In this document: in pieces, positions 24,090 through 36,503 of the stretch
Numbering within the stretch: position 1 is the stretch's first letter
Layout: each line of letters begins with the position of its first letter
Source of the DNA: Chiloscyllium plagiosum
Lineage: Eukaryota
NCBI RefSeq assembly: GCF_004010195.1
Contig: NC_057753.1
Coordinates: 6,681,378-6,725,154, forward strand
Reading direction: 5' to 3'
DNA: 43,777 nt
Notes under the pieces: model-generated
The model's input: only the letters and a program-made list of their open reading frames with translations
What the model was told of the DNA's origin: nothing
Databases searched by the model: none
Translations under genes and position numbers: made by a program

Positions 24090-24159
24090 CCGGCACCCCA
24101 ATGGCAGCGAGTACACAATAGTAAATTGCATAGAACAGGCCGTTGGCTGGACCATGCAT
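24090..24159 (-). CDS. GPR139-like GPCR coding exon 1 (MHGPANGLFYAIYYCVLAAIGVP)
   Basis: ACAATG start, 70 nt, donor G|GTAGGT. The phase-1 join (G+CC = Ala) to exon 2 gives IGVPANLMAIIILS, a complete TM1. Total CDS 972 nt = 323 aa + stop. Confidence 0.9.
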
Positions 24160-24723
24160 TGTCTTGTAAATGCGATTAAAATTCTACAGACTACTTACCT
24201 TACCTTTGAAACAAATGCTAAGCGGTCTCATTTATAGCGGGTGAAATTCTCCAGGTAGTATATTAAATTCCAATGTGCACCTTAATTACATTTCAGTGAA
24301 CACATTGATTAATTCTAGGTTTAATGCCTTCTATTTGTAATGTTGGTAAAATGGATAGATTATGCAAATATGTGGAAAATCTGCTTGGATATTAAACCAA
24401 ACCCGTGCCAAAAGATAAATTTATATCTCGATTAAGCGGAGTTCTTGATGTTAGAAAATGTCCCGAGGTCCAGTCTCGAATGTCAAACTGTCTGATCATA
24501 TCTCTTCCATGATCCCGATTTTTTTTTCAATCTGTTTTTTCAGTTCTTCTATTTGTTTCTGCTTAGTGATTTAATTTTCAAGGTTTCAGGTTGTAAGAAT
24601 ATTCATCAAACTTACAGATGATGAATTATTTGATACGATGCCTACACATCAGTTCCTCTGCATTACCATGCCATGTAAATATCGTGCATTTTGAGAAGTA
24701 CAGATCTTTTTACTTCATTGTAT

Positions 24724-26900
24724 TACAGAGTCATAGAGATATACTGCACGGGGACACACCCTTTTCTTCTATCTTTCCCATGCTGACCTGATATTCAAGA
24801 TTAATCCATTTTCCAGCATTTCGCCCATGTCCCTCGCAACTCTTCCTTTTTCAGAAAACCATTCAGACGCATTTTAAATATTGCAATCGTACCAGTTTGC
24901 AACACTTTTTCTGGCAGCTTACTCCGTATGCACACCATCCTGTGGATGAAAAGTTGCCCCTGAGGTTCCAATTACATCTTTCCCCTCTCACGTTAAACCT
25001 ATGCAATCTCAGTAGTGACTCCCAACCCACTAGATAAAATTTTGCCTAGCTAAAATTTGAATGCCTTTCATGATTTTATACACTTCTAAAAGTTCACCCC
25101 TTCGCCAGGAAAATAGCCCTACTCTAATAGACCTCTCCCAAAGGCTAAACCCCACCAACCGTGGCAACATCCTTGTAAATCTTTTCTGAACCATTTCTGG
25201 TTTCACAACAGGAGGGAGTATTTCAACATCGGCTGAACCAATATGCTGTACATCTGCAACATCACCTCCCAACTTCCATATTCAATGCACTTGCTTATAA
25301 AGTCAGGCACACCAAACGCCTTTTTCGCTGTCATACGTACCTGCGACTCCATTTTCAAGGAACTATGAACTTGCATTCCAAGCACTTTTTGTTCAGCAAC
25401 GCCGTCCAAGAGATTTCCATTAAGTATACAAGTCATGCCTTGATTTGCCTTTCCACAATGCAGCAACTCACATTTATCCAAATTAAACTCCATCTGTCCA
25501 TCGGCCTATTGTCCCATCCGAACAAGATCCCATCGTAATGTGAGGTAAATTTCTGTGCTGTCAACGATACCTCCAATTTTTGTGTTATCTGCAAACTGAT
25601 AAACTATATCTCCTAAGTTCAAATACAAATTATGTACATAAATGCCAAAAAGCATTGGACCCACCAAGGACCTTTGTGGCATATGCCGATAGCAGGTCTG
25701 CAGCCAAACAGGCAACACTTTGCCTATGTCCTCTGTCTACAACCTTTAAACCAGTTTTGTATCCATATATATTGTTCTCTCTGTTTTCCATGTGATCTAA
25801 CCTTGTTAACTAGTCTGCAATAAAAAAAAATTTCAAACTTTACTGAAGGTCATGTAGGTCACAACAAACGCTCTGTCCTCATCAATTCTTTTTGTTACTT
25901 ATTCAGAAAACACAATCAAGTTAGCAAAACACGATATCTCAAGAACAAAGCCATGTTGACTATCTCTAATCAGTCATTTCTTTTCTCAATACATGTCAAT
26001 CCTATCGCTCAGGTTTCCCTCCAAAAAATTGCCCAGCATCATTGATCTATGTAATTCATTATCTTTTCCATACCATGTTTCTTCAGTGGAGGCACCATGT
26101 TAGCCAAACTCCAGTCTTCCAGTACTTCACTTGTGTTTATGGATGGTACAATTATCACAGTAATGGATCCAGCAATCACTTTGCTCGCTTCCCACACAGT
26201 TCTCGGGTACACCTGATTAGGTACTGGGGATTTATCCACCTTAATCCGTTTTAAGACGTCCAGCACTAATTCTCTGTAATATGGACACTTTCAAGAAGTT
26301 TCATGATCTTTATCTGCCATATCTTTCTCCAAACTAAACCCTGATTTAAATCTACGTGTTAAGTAACTTGCCAATATCTCGTTGTTCCAACAGGCTTGCT
26401 CATTTTTAAGAGGCTTTGTTGTCTCTCTCTAGTTACCTTTCGTCTTTCATGTCTTTATAAAATCCCTTTTGATTCTCCTTAACTCTATCTGCTAAGCTAC
26501 TTCATGTCCACTTTTTGTCCTCCTGATTTCCCTCTTCAGTATACTTTTCATGCCTTCATATTCTCCTTGGGATTCACTCAATTCCTGCTGTCTGTACGCG
26601 ACATGCGCTTCTTTTTTATTGGCCAACATCTCAAATTCTCCACTCATCAAGCATTCCCTACACCTACCAGACTTGATGTTCACTCTAACAGGGCTATACT
26701 GTCTCTGGGCTCTCGTTAACTCCCCTTCGAATACTTCCCATTTTGCAGTTGTTCCTTTATATGCAACCATCCATCCCAACTCAACTTTTGTTTCTTCTTT
26801 GATAAAATCGTCAAAATTGGCCTTCCCCAATGTAGAAATTAACTTTTAGATCCTGTCTATCCTTTTCCATCGCCATTTCAAAACCAGTAGAATTATGATC
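24724..26900 (-). mobile_element. CR1 LINE, 5'-truncated ORF2, decayed
   Basis: VLKRIKVDKSPVPNQVYPRTVWEA..LEDWSLANMVP, PQRSLVGPMLF..QFADNTKIGG, MEFNLDKCELLH, VQKRFTRMLP; 3' tail CTCTATGACTCTG. Confidence 0.93.
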
Positions 26901-28159
26901 GTGCGATTGAAAACTCTAAAGCAAAGAAAGCCATCAAATTCTCAAGATACAGAATTTGCAGTGAAGTACCAATTGATAGATGCCCTCATTTAGCATAAAA
27001 ATGAACACAGCGGATTTCCGTAATTAATAGACATGATTTTGAAATAAGATGAAAACATCAATTTTGGTCTCATCAGGTGGGTTCAATGTAACCAGTATTT
27101 GTACTAGTTTAACAATAATTGAGACAGACCAAAATTTCATGCAGTAATAGCTGTAACTTCGTGCAATGGCATCGCAGAAAGTACCAATTACTGTAAATCG
27201 TCAATTGAAAGGAAGGGTTTCTTTTTTGTTCTTTCTTTGCTTTTTCCTATCTGCATGTTGGTCATAGCTTCACATTATTGTTGCATGAGTGAGTAAAGTG
27301 CAAGCTCTGAGGTGGCGTCCTTGAAATTAAATGTTTTACGACATCCCACTTCATCTATTTAAAGAAATGTGAATAAGAAAAACAGATATTACTGCACAGA
27401 ATCTAGGGAAATGGTTAAATGCCTCCAGTCAAGAAAAAGTCATTCTGGAAAGGCTGCATGCAATGTGTTAACAGGGAATGGGGCGGAGAGAATATTGTGT
27501 CGGCTGTGTGGTTCGCTGAACCTGAACACTGGTGATTAATTGAAAACATTTGAAATACAATCAGCATCACAGGTTGTCGCGTTAATAATTACTTTTAATG
27601 AATTCAGCTGGCTGAATGCCCAGACCTCCCTCCTCATGACATAGGGACTGCTAAAGTGCTTTGCATTTGACAGGATCTCGCACTTCAGACTGTGCAGTCT
27701 GAATAAGGAACTGGATGAATAAATCCTAAATAATCATGCCCATTTCAGGTACTTGCAACAACTCTTCCATTAAATCCTTATTCATCTTAGCAAAACTGGA
27801 GAAAGATTCAACTGACTTCAGTTGTTAAACACCCTGTAGATTCACAGTTTTGAGCAGTGACTAAATGCATTGACACTGTCTCTGTCATTTATTTCATTTG
27901 GATTGATGCAAGCTATCACTGTCAGTATTTAACTCTCAGAGATAAATTCCAAAGTTTCGAATTGGGGAACCTTTTCTAAAATTGAGTTAAATTGTTGCAA
28001 GTTATCTGCACTGTTTGTAAAATTTATTCAAAAGGCGCAGAGCTGGGATCGAGCAAGGATGAATTTAAAATCAGATAGAGCAGAAGGGGAAAGTAAAGGA
28101 ATGATTGAAAACTATGATAATACAAAGAACTACGAACGCTGAAAACTTCAAAGATAACG

Positions 28160-28876
28160 TGTTATGAAGTTGTAGGTGTACAATACCTTCAAGAAAGTAA
28201 AAGCTATCAGTGACAGCACCAAGTGTTCTTAATAAGACACAATACAATATGTGCTCCAGCTACTAGGATAGCTGGTTGCTTGGAAACGACAAAACAAATT
28301 CGAATTATGCCAAACACTTTAAATTATAATCCACAAAATACCAAATTCCAGTCAAGTTTCAATTCAGTATATTTACATTCTTTAAATCCAGTGACACAAA
28401 CCAATGCTTTGGGATATACGACCGAGCAAAATTGAACTGTGGGAAGAGAACTGCCACCAGCCTAACAGATGTAGACTGCCAGTAAGAACTCTCTGAGAGA
28501 TACCTGACTCGAGAAGGAGTTTGCAAGGAGAAAAACCCCAACACTGACCTGGAGAGTCAATCTAACAACGAAAATAAAGAGAAGATTCGAAGACTGACTA
28601 GTATTCAAAGTTGAACTTTACTGTAATTCATAATCGGGAGTTTTATCAGATTAATATTATGGAAGGAAAGGTAACAGGTAGGTTAGACTAAGGAATTGTT
28701 AATAATTGTTCGTTAATTATTCTGTGTTACAGTTTAAGAAATAAAGTTAATTTTTACTTCGCATAATTCTTGGCCATTTATATTTATTTACAGATTTTTT
28801 TTCACAGGACAAACCTTTTTTTGTGTGTGTGTTGCTAGTTTTGACTTCAGCAGAACGGTTTACCCGTGTCGTTATA
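28160..28876 (+). mobile_element. Probable solo LTR (Gypsy-type)
   Basis: Starts TGTTATGA, ends GTCGTTATA (decayed ..TAACA), AATAAA at ~28740, no coding content. TSD not evident. Confidence 0.6.
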
Positions 28877-28944
28877 TGAGAGATTTTCTATTTGTAATTT
28901 GTACTCTGCTGTATTGGGTTTCATTTCACACTAGTCTATGCTCT

Positions 28945-29088
28945 TCTCTGAGTTCTCTGGGAGAATAATTCGACACGAATCTTTCGCTCTGATTTCTCTC
29001 CACAGATTCTGATAGACCTGCAGAGCTTTACCGGCAATTTCTATTTCTGTCTCTGATTTATAGCAAATGCAGTTCTTTCTGTTTTTGT
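28945..29088 (+). mobile_element. Decayed Penelope pLTR remnant
   Basis: CTCTGATTTCTCTCCACAGATTCTGATAGACCTGCAGAGCTTTACCGGCAATTTCT..TGCAGTTCTTTCTGTTTTT pLTR tail; hammerhead core eroded. Confidence 0.65.
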
Positions 29089-29762
29089 GTCCTTTCTTGC
29101 ATTGTTTATTCTCTTTTTCCTTACTGTTCACAACATTTCGAAATTTTGTGGCAGTCAATCTACTTCGTTGCTGTACATCATAAATGTAAACAGAGCCATC
29201 CTTGACACTTAAGGTTCAGCTTAGCATTACTATCTGGCGCCTGGTGTTCAGCGAATTTCGGTTCCAGACTCCTAATCTTCACATTATGCAAATTTCTCAA
29301 GAGTTACATGAAAGCCTGAGGTAAACCATAATATAAAATGCCTTTTGTCAGTCCAGTTATAGCCCATCAACGAAATTAATCAATTTATGCTCTGTGTTAC
29401 TTCATCAATGACTCAGAAAAGTGAGTTGCTTAACATTAGGGAAATTATCTTCTTTCCTTAATTCACATTGGGCTAAATGACTAAATGTTATGTTACTAAT
29501 TTATCCGATTTTCCTGTCAGTGTACACGCAGTATGCAATATGTGACTTATTCTGTGATTGGAATAGATCTGCTGCATAATTCTGAATGAGGGAGAAATGA
29601 CTTTCAACACTTTGGGTCATTAGGCATGAGCAATAATCACTTACTTAGCCAGCAAAGCATTCAGCTCATGTTTTCCTTTCTTTTAAAAAGACATTCGTGG
29701 ACAGTCACTGATATGAAAAAATATGCCTTCGTCCAATACACGGAAAACATCCCCATAACCTT

Positions 29763-30363
29763 TGTGAAGCTGAAGTTTTGGCCTGTTGTTTCGCCATAAA
29801 ATGCAAAACAATAGTGCTTAATTGTCAGGCGAAATATCATGGAAATGCATATGTGTTATCCTTATGTCTACTTTAGCAATTGGACGGAAGTGGCCAGTTC
29901 TCGCAAATTAACAAATTTGTCTAGTTTGGTTTAGCAAACCGAAGCTGCTGGGAGAAGAGAAGCTGCTACAGTGAAACATATGTCGTCAACTTCAACAGAT
30001 GTTTCTTGCCTGAGTTTTCTCCCTGACCTTTCTGCTGCCTGCAGAACCTATGTTTCTATTTACTTTTTAACCAAGGGGTGTCCTTGTGGGATGCTGCGGT
30101 AATTGGAAGAGCTCCTTCATTAAGTTGCGGTTTTGAGTCGGTTTGGTTTTCAGATACTTAAGCTATTCTAAACTTTGTCTTCCTTTGTTCATGTGTCCAC
30201 TGTAGCGTTCAAATAAATGTTGCTGGTTTTCAAGCCGAGTGATTTGACAAGCTGCATCACTCCTAGAATATCCACTGTGCATCTGCTTTTAAAATAAGAA
30301 AAAAAAAAGGTTAGGCTCTGGGTTGCCTTCTTAAAATAATTGCGTTTAGGCCCGTCCATAACA
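29763..30363 (+). repeat. 5' LTR, followed by a degenerate tRNA-Pro-like PBS
   Basis: Ends CCATAACA; next GATTGGGGACTCTTTGCGGGAT resembles PBS TGGGGGCTCGTCCGGGAT; alignable to 36580-36881 + 37521-37718. Confidence 0.75.
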
Positions 30364-31667
30364 GATTGGGGACTCTTTGCGGGATTTGTTCTGTTGTTCC
30401 AAATTTAGATTGCCATGTTTGAATGCAAAAGGTGCGAATGGTAGACGTTAGTGACTTTTTTTCCAGTGTTGAATTCGGTTCGTTTCAGAAAGTGCTTGTT
30501 GCAGCAAAGACTCCATAAGTCACTCAGGTTTTTCTGGCAGTAGTGACGTTTAGGGGTTTTCAAGAAGTGAGCAAGGCCAAGCTGTTGGAATGGCAGACAA
30601 GCTGGAAATGTCATTCGAATCTTCGGAAATAGCTAAATTTCAATCGAACATCAAGGAGCTTCATTTTGAGGCAAAAGAAAACAAGGAAGAGAAAAATAAA
30701 TTAAACAGTTTCACTTACAGTTAAAAGTCGATTCAAGAGAATAAGAAGTCAAGGCCCTAGCAGAAAGTAAAGAGAAAGAGAGATAGTTTGAACTTCATAA
30801 ATTGGCACATGGAGATGAAAGTCGACCTAAAAGGATGGACGTGAAGGCAGAAGTTAGGCTTAGTGAATAAGAAAGTGAGGATGAGCAAACCAATCGTAGC
30901 CAAAGGCCTGTTATGAAACTGGTTAATTATATATAAAAATTGCTTGAACCTAATAAGAAGGATGGTTCAGACTTTATATTTCATTTTGGAAGGTTGCTAA
31001 GCAAATGAAGAGGTCTGTAACTACCTGGGCTTTGTTCATCCAAACAAAGCTGTTAGGCACAGGTATTGAGTAATTTGCATCACTATTAGAGGATTGATTT
31101 GGGGAATATTGGGAGGTGAAGGCAGCAATGTTAAGTGTAGAAAAGCATGTGACAGAAATCAACAGACAACGTTTCAGGGATCTAAGGAGGGATCATGGTC
31201 AACCATTGCGTTTGAAAGAATCAAGCAGTGTAACTTTGATTGGTGCATACCGACGTTAAAATAGATCAAACATATTACTCTCTTACAGGGGCGTTTATTT
31301 TGGAAGAGTTCAAAAATTCACTTGCTGAAGTAATAAGAACTCATATGGGAGAGCAGAGATTTAAAGCGGCACGATTAGCAGCTGAATTGTCTGATGATTA
31401 TGAGTACATTTATAAATCATAGTTTAGTGCCTAACATCAAATTTAATGCTTTAGGGATAGAACGTGGAGAAAAGAGAAATCTTCACGTGGGAAGGAAAAG
31501 CGGACCTCGTCGAAGATCATAAAGATAGCATACAACAAGGTCGTAAAAAGAAACCCATGAAGAAGGAAGAGAAGTGAAAAAGCTCTGGTGTTTTCACTGG
31601 AAGAAGGCCACATGAATAGAGCGTTGGTGGGTTAGGAAAAGTACTGGGAAGACCGATGTAGGTAAAC

Positions 31668-31709
31668 CTAAATCTAAATCTAAATCTAAATCTAAATCTA
31701 AATCTAAAC
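31668..31709. repeat. (CTAAAT)n microsatellite
   Basis: Six perfect CTAAAT units plus CTAAAC. Confidence 0.95.
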
Positions 31710-32979
31710 AGGACAAGCGAGAGAATTTTGTTGGAGTGGAAAAGGAAAGGACAGTAAGGCTAAAAAGCTGCGACAGAATTCATCACTTGGCCAGAGATTG
31801 ATTGAAGAGGCAGTGGCAGATCATCTCTAAAATATTTACTTGCGAAAGTTAGGTTTGTTCGAAAAGGCCAGGCGCAACACATAAAGCCGTTATGGTATTA
31901 AGAGGTATCGGATCATATGAATCTTTTTTTGTTGTTGAGAGATGAAGAGATATGTAACTCAGAAGGACTATTGCTAGACAAGTTGCGAGGGTATGGAATT
32001 CATGATGAGAAAATAAGTGCTCATTTATATCGGAAGACGTTTAAGTTTCAAGTGAAAAGTAGAGAAGTGGTGGTCGGATATACTGGAGGAAACTCTTGAC
32101 ACCAAGATAAAAAATTTGACCTTGCTAACAATAGAATTCATTCACAGGTAGAACTACTGCCTCTTGTGTCTGAATAAAAAACAGGAAAATCAGGGAACTG
32201 AGTTATTACAGAAAGCATCGTCTGTAAGTATTCTTGACTTTGAGCTAACAAGGTCATAAATTCACAGGTTGAAACAATAGGACAAAACAAAGAATGCGGA
32301 GGAGATAGTTAAAGATGAATTTTCAAATGCCATGTTCTTCAAATTGTTGAGGCAAAGCAAGAGCAGATGGAGGACAAAGTAGACTTTTTTAAGTCAGAGA
32401 ATTAATTGAATTACAATAGAAAAATGAAATTCCGTATCACTTCTATCTAAAAGCATTCTCAACAGACGATTCTGAGTGCATAACTGAATTTCAATATCTC
32501 AAACAATAGATGCATTAATGATGAAATGGCGGTCATAACACAATCAGGCAGATGTGAATAGGGCAAAAGTTCATCAAGTCATTTTACCAGTGGGTTATCG
32601 AAAGGAGGTAGCTCACAAATTACAGTAGTAGGTCAGTTAGTTGTGAGAAAAACTCAAGATAAAATGCAAAATCATTTTTTCTCACTTGTACTGCATAAGG
32701 ATTTAGTCTAATTTGCCTGACATGTCAGCCGTAATAGATAATTGGAAAACCACAAGTCTCACCTTTAATATCCATTCCTACATTTGAGGAACATTTATAA
32801 AAGTCTTAATTGATTGTGCAGGTGCTCTAACTAAACAATAAGTGGGAATTGGTATTAGTTACCAAGAATGAATGTAGCCACCAGATTTTCAAAGGGCGTT
32901 GCATTGGGCAAAATCACAACTAAGACGATTGTGGAAGGGTTGCGCATGTTTTTCACTAGATATAGACTACTCACCGACA

Positions 32980-34228
32980 TAGAGGCATAGAGTTTAGAGT
33001 CCTACAGAACAGAGACAGGATCGTTATTCAAAACTGGCCCTTGCCGAGCAAAATGCCCGTCCACTCTAATCCAATTTCCTGGCACTTGGCTCATATTCAT
33101 CTATACTTTTACTATCCATATTTTGGTCCAATGGCTTTTAGATGTTGTTAAAATAGCCACCTCAATCGCTTCCACTGGCTGCTCATTCTGTAAACGTACC
33201 AGCTTGTGTGAAAGAGGGGTTGCCCGTCAGGACCCCTTATATTATTTGCCCTCTAGCCTTAAACTGTTACCTTCTCGTCCTCGATTCCCCAACTGTCGGA
33301 AAAAAAAGACTGATGCCAATCACAATATACATCTCATGATCCTATAAGGTCTCTCTTCAGTTTCCTACACTCTAATAAAAAAGTATTTGCTTGTCCCACC
33401 TCTCCCTATAATTTGGACCATTGATTCTAGGCGACGTTCTTGGAAATTTATTCTACACTCTTTCCGGTTTAGTTACATCCTTCCTAAAACAACATGAACA
33501 AAACTGAATACAATACTGCAAGTGCGGCCTCACCAGCCTCCTATCGAACTGCAGCATAACTTCCTACGTTCTACGCTCAATGCCCTAACTGATGAAAACC
33601 AGTGTGCCAAATGTCTTCTTCACTGCCCTGCCTACCCGTGACTCCACTTCAAGAGAAACGGGAACCTGAACTCCAAGATCCCTCTGTTCCACTACACTTC
33701 TTAAGGGAGTTCCATTCGCCATGAAAATGTTGCCTACATTTGACTTTCCAAATTGTAATGCTTCACACTTATCTTTATTAAAATCCATTCGCCATTTATC
33801 GGACAACTTTCCCAGCTGATCAAGGTCCTGATGCAATTTCTGACAACATTAATCGCTGTCCACGATACTGCCTATTTTATTTTCATCAGCAAACTTACTA
33901 ACCATGCTGTGTACATTCTCGTCGAAATCATTGATATAGTTAACAAACATAATAGCCCAGCAACGACCCCAAAGCCACTCCACTAGTCACAGGCCTCCAG
34001 CCTGACAACATCCTTTCCATGTTACCCTCTGCATCCTACCAGCAAGCTAATTTTGTATCCAATTTGACAGCTCACTCTGGACTGCACACGATCTAACTTT
34101 CCACATCAGCCAATGATTTGGAACCTGATCAAATGCCTTATTAAAATCCATATCGTTTGCATCTATCGCCTTGCTATCGTCAACCTTCCTGGTTACTTCA
34201 GCAACGAACTCTAACAAATGTGTGAGCC
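32980..34228 (-). mobile_element. CR1 LINE inserted into the Gmr1-like integrase
   Basis: QDLDQLGKLSDKWRMDFNKDKCEALQFG..EQRDLGVQV; SKFADE motif; 3' tail CTCTAAACTCTATG at ~32985. Confidence 0.92.
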
Positions 34229-36503
34229 ACTTACAAAGCTACACAAAATTAGGACACATTTACATCATGCTTCAATTTTTCCATCAAAGTTATTCAATGA
34301 AACTATACACAGATTCCGAATAAAAACAATCCAAATGTATCCATAACCGCAGGGATCATGAGAAACAGGGCGTCAGATGTTCAAGACACCGTGGAAGGCC
34401 TACAGTCAAGACTGTACAGAAGGTTGGCAGAAAGGAATTGCGTTTGTAATTTTTACCATTAGAAGTGCATCGAATGAATCAAACAAATTCAGTCTACTTG
34501 GGGCATGACTTGAGGGGACCACAGAAATTTATTGAGGAGAAATTGGCAGAACACAATTTAGACTCCACATATATGGAAGATGTGTAAAATTTCAGGGAAT
34601 GGTAAAAATAGAGCTGGGGACTTAGCTACACATCATTAAAATTATCACAGGATACAATGAAACAGGAAGCGGACAATCAAGCAAAATCTCGCCATTTTGC
34701 TGTTGGAGATAAAGTGTTAGTTTTCCTTTCATTGTCACATGAACTTTTAATAGCAAGGTTTAGTGGATCCAATCAAGTCGAATGGTAATTGAATGTATTG
34801 AACTGTTTGATTAGGACTTCAGACAGAAATACATCACACCTTGTGTGTTTCGTGAACAGATACTTTGAAAGCAAAGGAAAGAAAAAGGAGAATGATTTAA
34901 TATTTGCAATACAGAGTGAAGATCCGAATTCTGAAGATTCTGAACTTGACATTCTTCAACCTAAATTTGAAAATGAGGAAGTTGTCAATAAATGGAATAA
35001 ATTATTGTGTTACCACCAGAGGAAAGTAGTTCTGGCCTGGAGGAGTCCTTACTATCACATGTGGAGATACGTGGAAATAATCTGGCAAATAGTCATCTAA
35101 TTATACTTGATAGAGTTATAGGAAATGCTGTTGCAATTAAGCAATATCCTTGGAGACGTAACCCTCTGAAGTTGGCACAAGTTCAAAAAGACATTAAGCG
35201 CATGCTCCAAGACGACCTAATCAAAGTACTTTGCAGTCACTGAGTTCAACCACAGTAATTGTGCCAAAACCAAATGGTACCCAATGGTTAGCTGTGAACT
35301 ATCACGAACTGAATGTAGTTACAAAGTCTAACTCAAAAACGACTTTGCGGATAGAAAAATGCATTGAGAATTTTGGACAAGCAAAGAATATTTATAATTT
35401 GGACTTACTCCGAGGTTGCTGGCAGGTACCTATATCCGCAAGAGCTAAGACAATTTTGGGATTCGCAACACTGAATGAAATGTATCAATTTCAAGTCATG
35501 CCATTTGATATGAAAAATGTGCCAACCACATTTCAAAGACTAACCAAGAAATTGATTTCTGAAGTACCCAATTGGTTGATATATATATCGACATCTTGAT
35601 GATGCTTATTCATACATGGAAGGAACATTTGCTTCATCTATCAGAATTAATCGATCTACCTTTGCAGGCAGGTGTTTTTGCCAAACCTGGTTAAAAGTGA
35701 ATTTGCCAAAGCCCAAATCAACTTCCTGGGCCATATTATCGGATATGGAGAGGATCTTCACGGAATATGAAAAAACGGTAATTGAAGAGATTACCATAGC
35801 ATCGCTGAAGAGAAAAGTACTGCGATTCCTGAGAATGAATGGGTTTTATCGGAAATTAGTACCAAAAGTTAGCAATGCGTCTCTTCCCGTCTCTGATTTA
35901 CTAAAGAAATGTAAGAAGATTCAGCAGACGGCAGATTTTCCAAAGACATATGACAATCTGGAAGCTGTGTTAAGCACTGGCCAGTATTAGCCACGCATAA
36001 TTATTCAAGATGACTATCTACGTAAGTGATGTAAGTGTCGGTACTCTACTGTTACAAGAAGTTGACGAGAAAATTTTAAAAAAGGCCTATCGGATATTTC
36101 TCCAGGTAATTGAAAATCAATCAGTAGAAATATATGACAATTGATAAGGAGTTCTCGAGCTTCGTGTTGCGAGTAACATGTCTAAGACAATCATGAACAC
36201 TGATAATTAAGATTTTGGAGAAATGTAAGGAGAGAAGTTCCAGAATGTGTATAAAGAGCTTAATATTGCTGACATTCAATTTGAACATTGTACAAGTCAC
36301 ACTGACGAATTATCACGACTTCAAAGAATATCGAACGTTATCAGTGGCAGGAGTAAACAGGCTGAAGTAGAATTTAGTGGTGCACACTTGCATGGTTATA
36401 ACCAATGTCATGTTTATGAATTGTAGTATACTAACAGAGTAAAACTGCGGAGTTTTCAAATGGAGCCATCTTAGTTTTTCAAAATGTATATTTAAGGAGG
36501 AGT

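Noticed and set aside
24192..24206. Tandem donor-like sites (AAG|GTAAG|GTAAGT) on the minus strand just upstream of the GPCR ATG
   Set aside because: No upstream coding exon or transcript evidence; cannot be distinguished from chance 5' UTR sequence.
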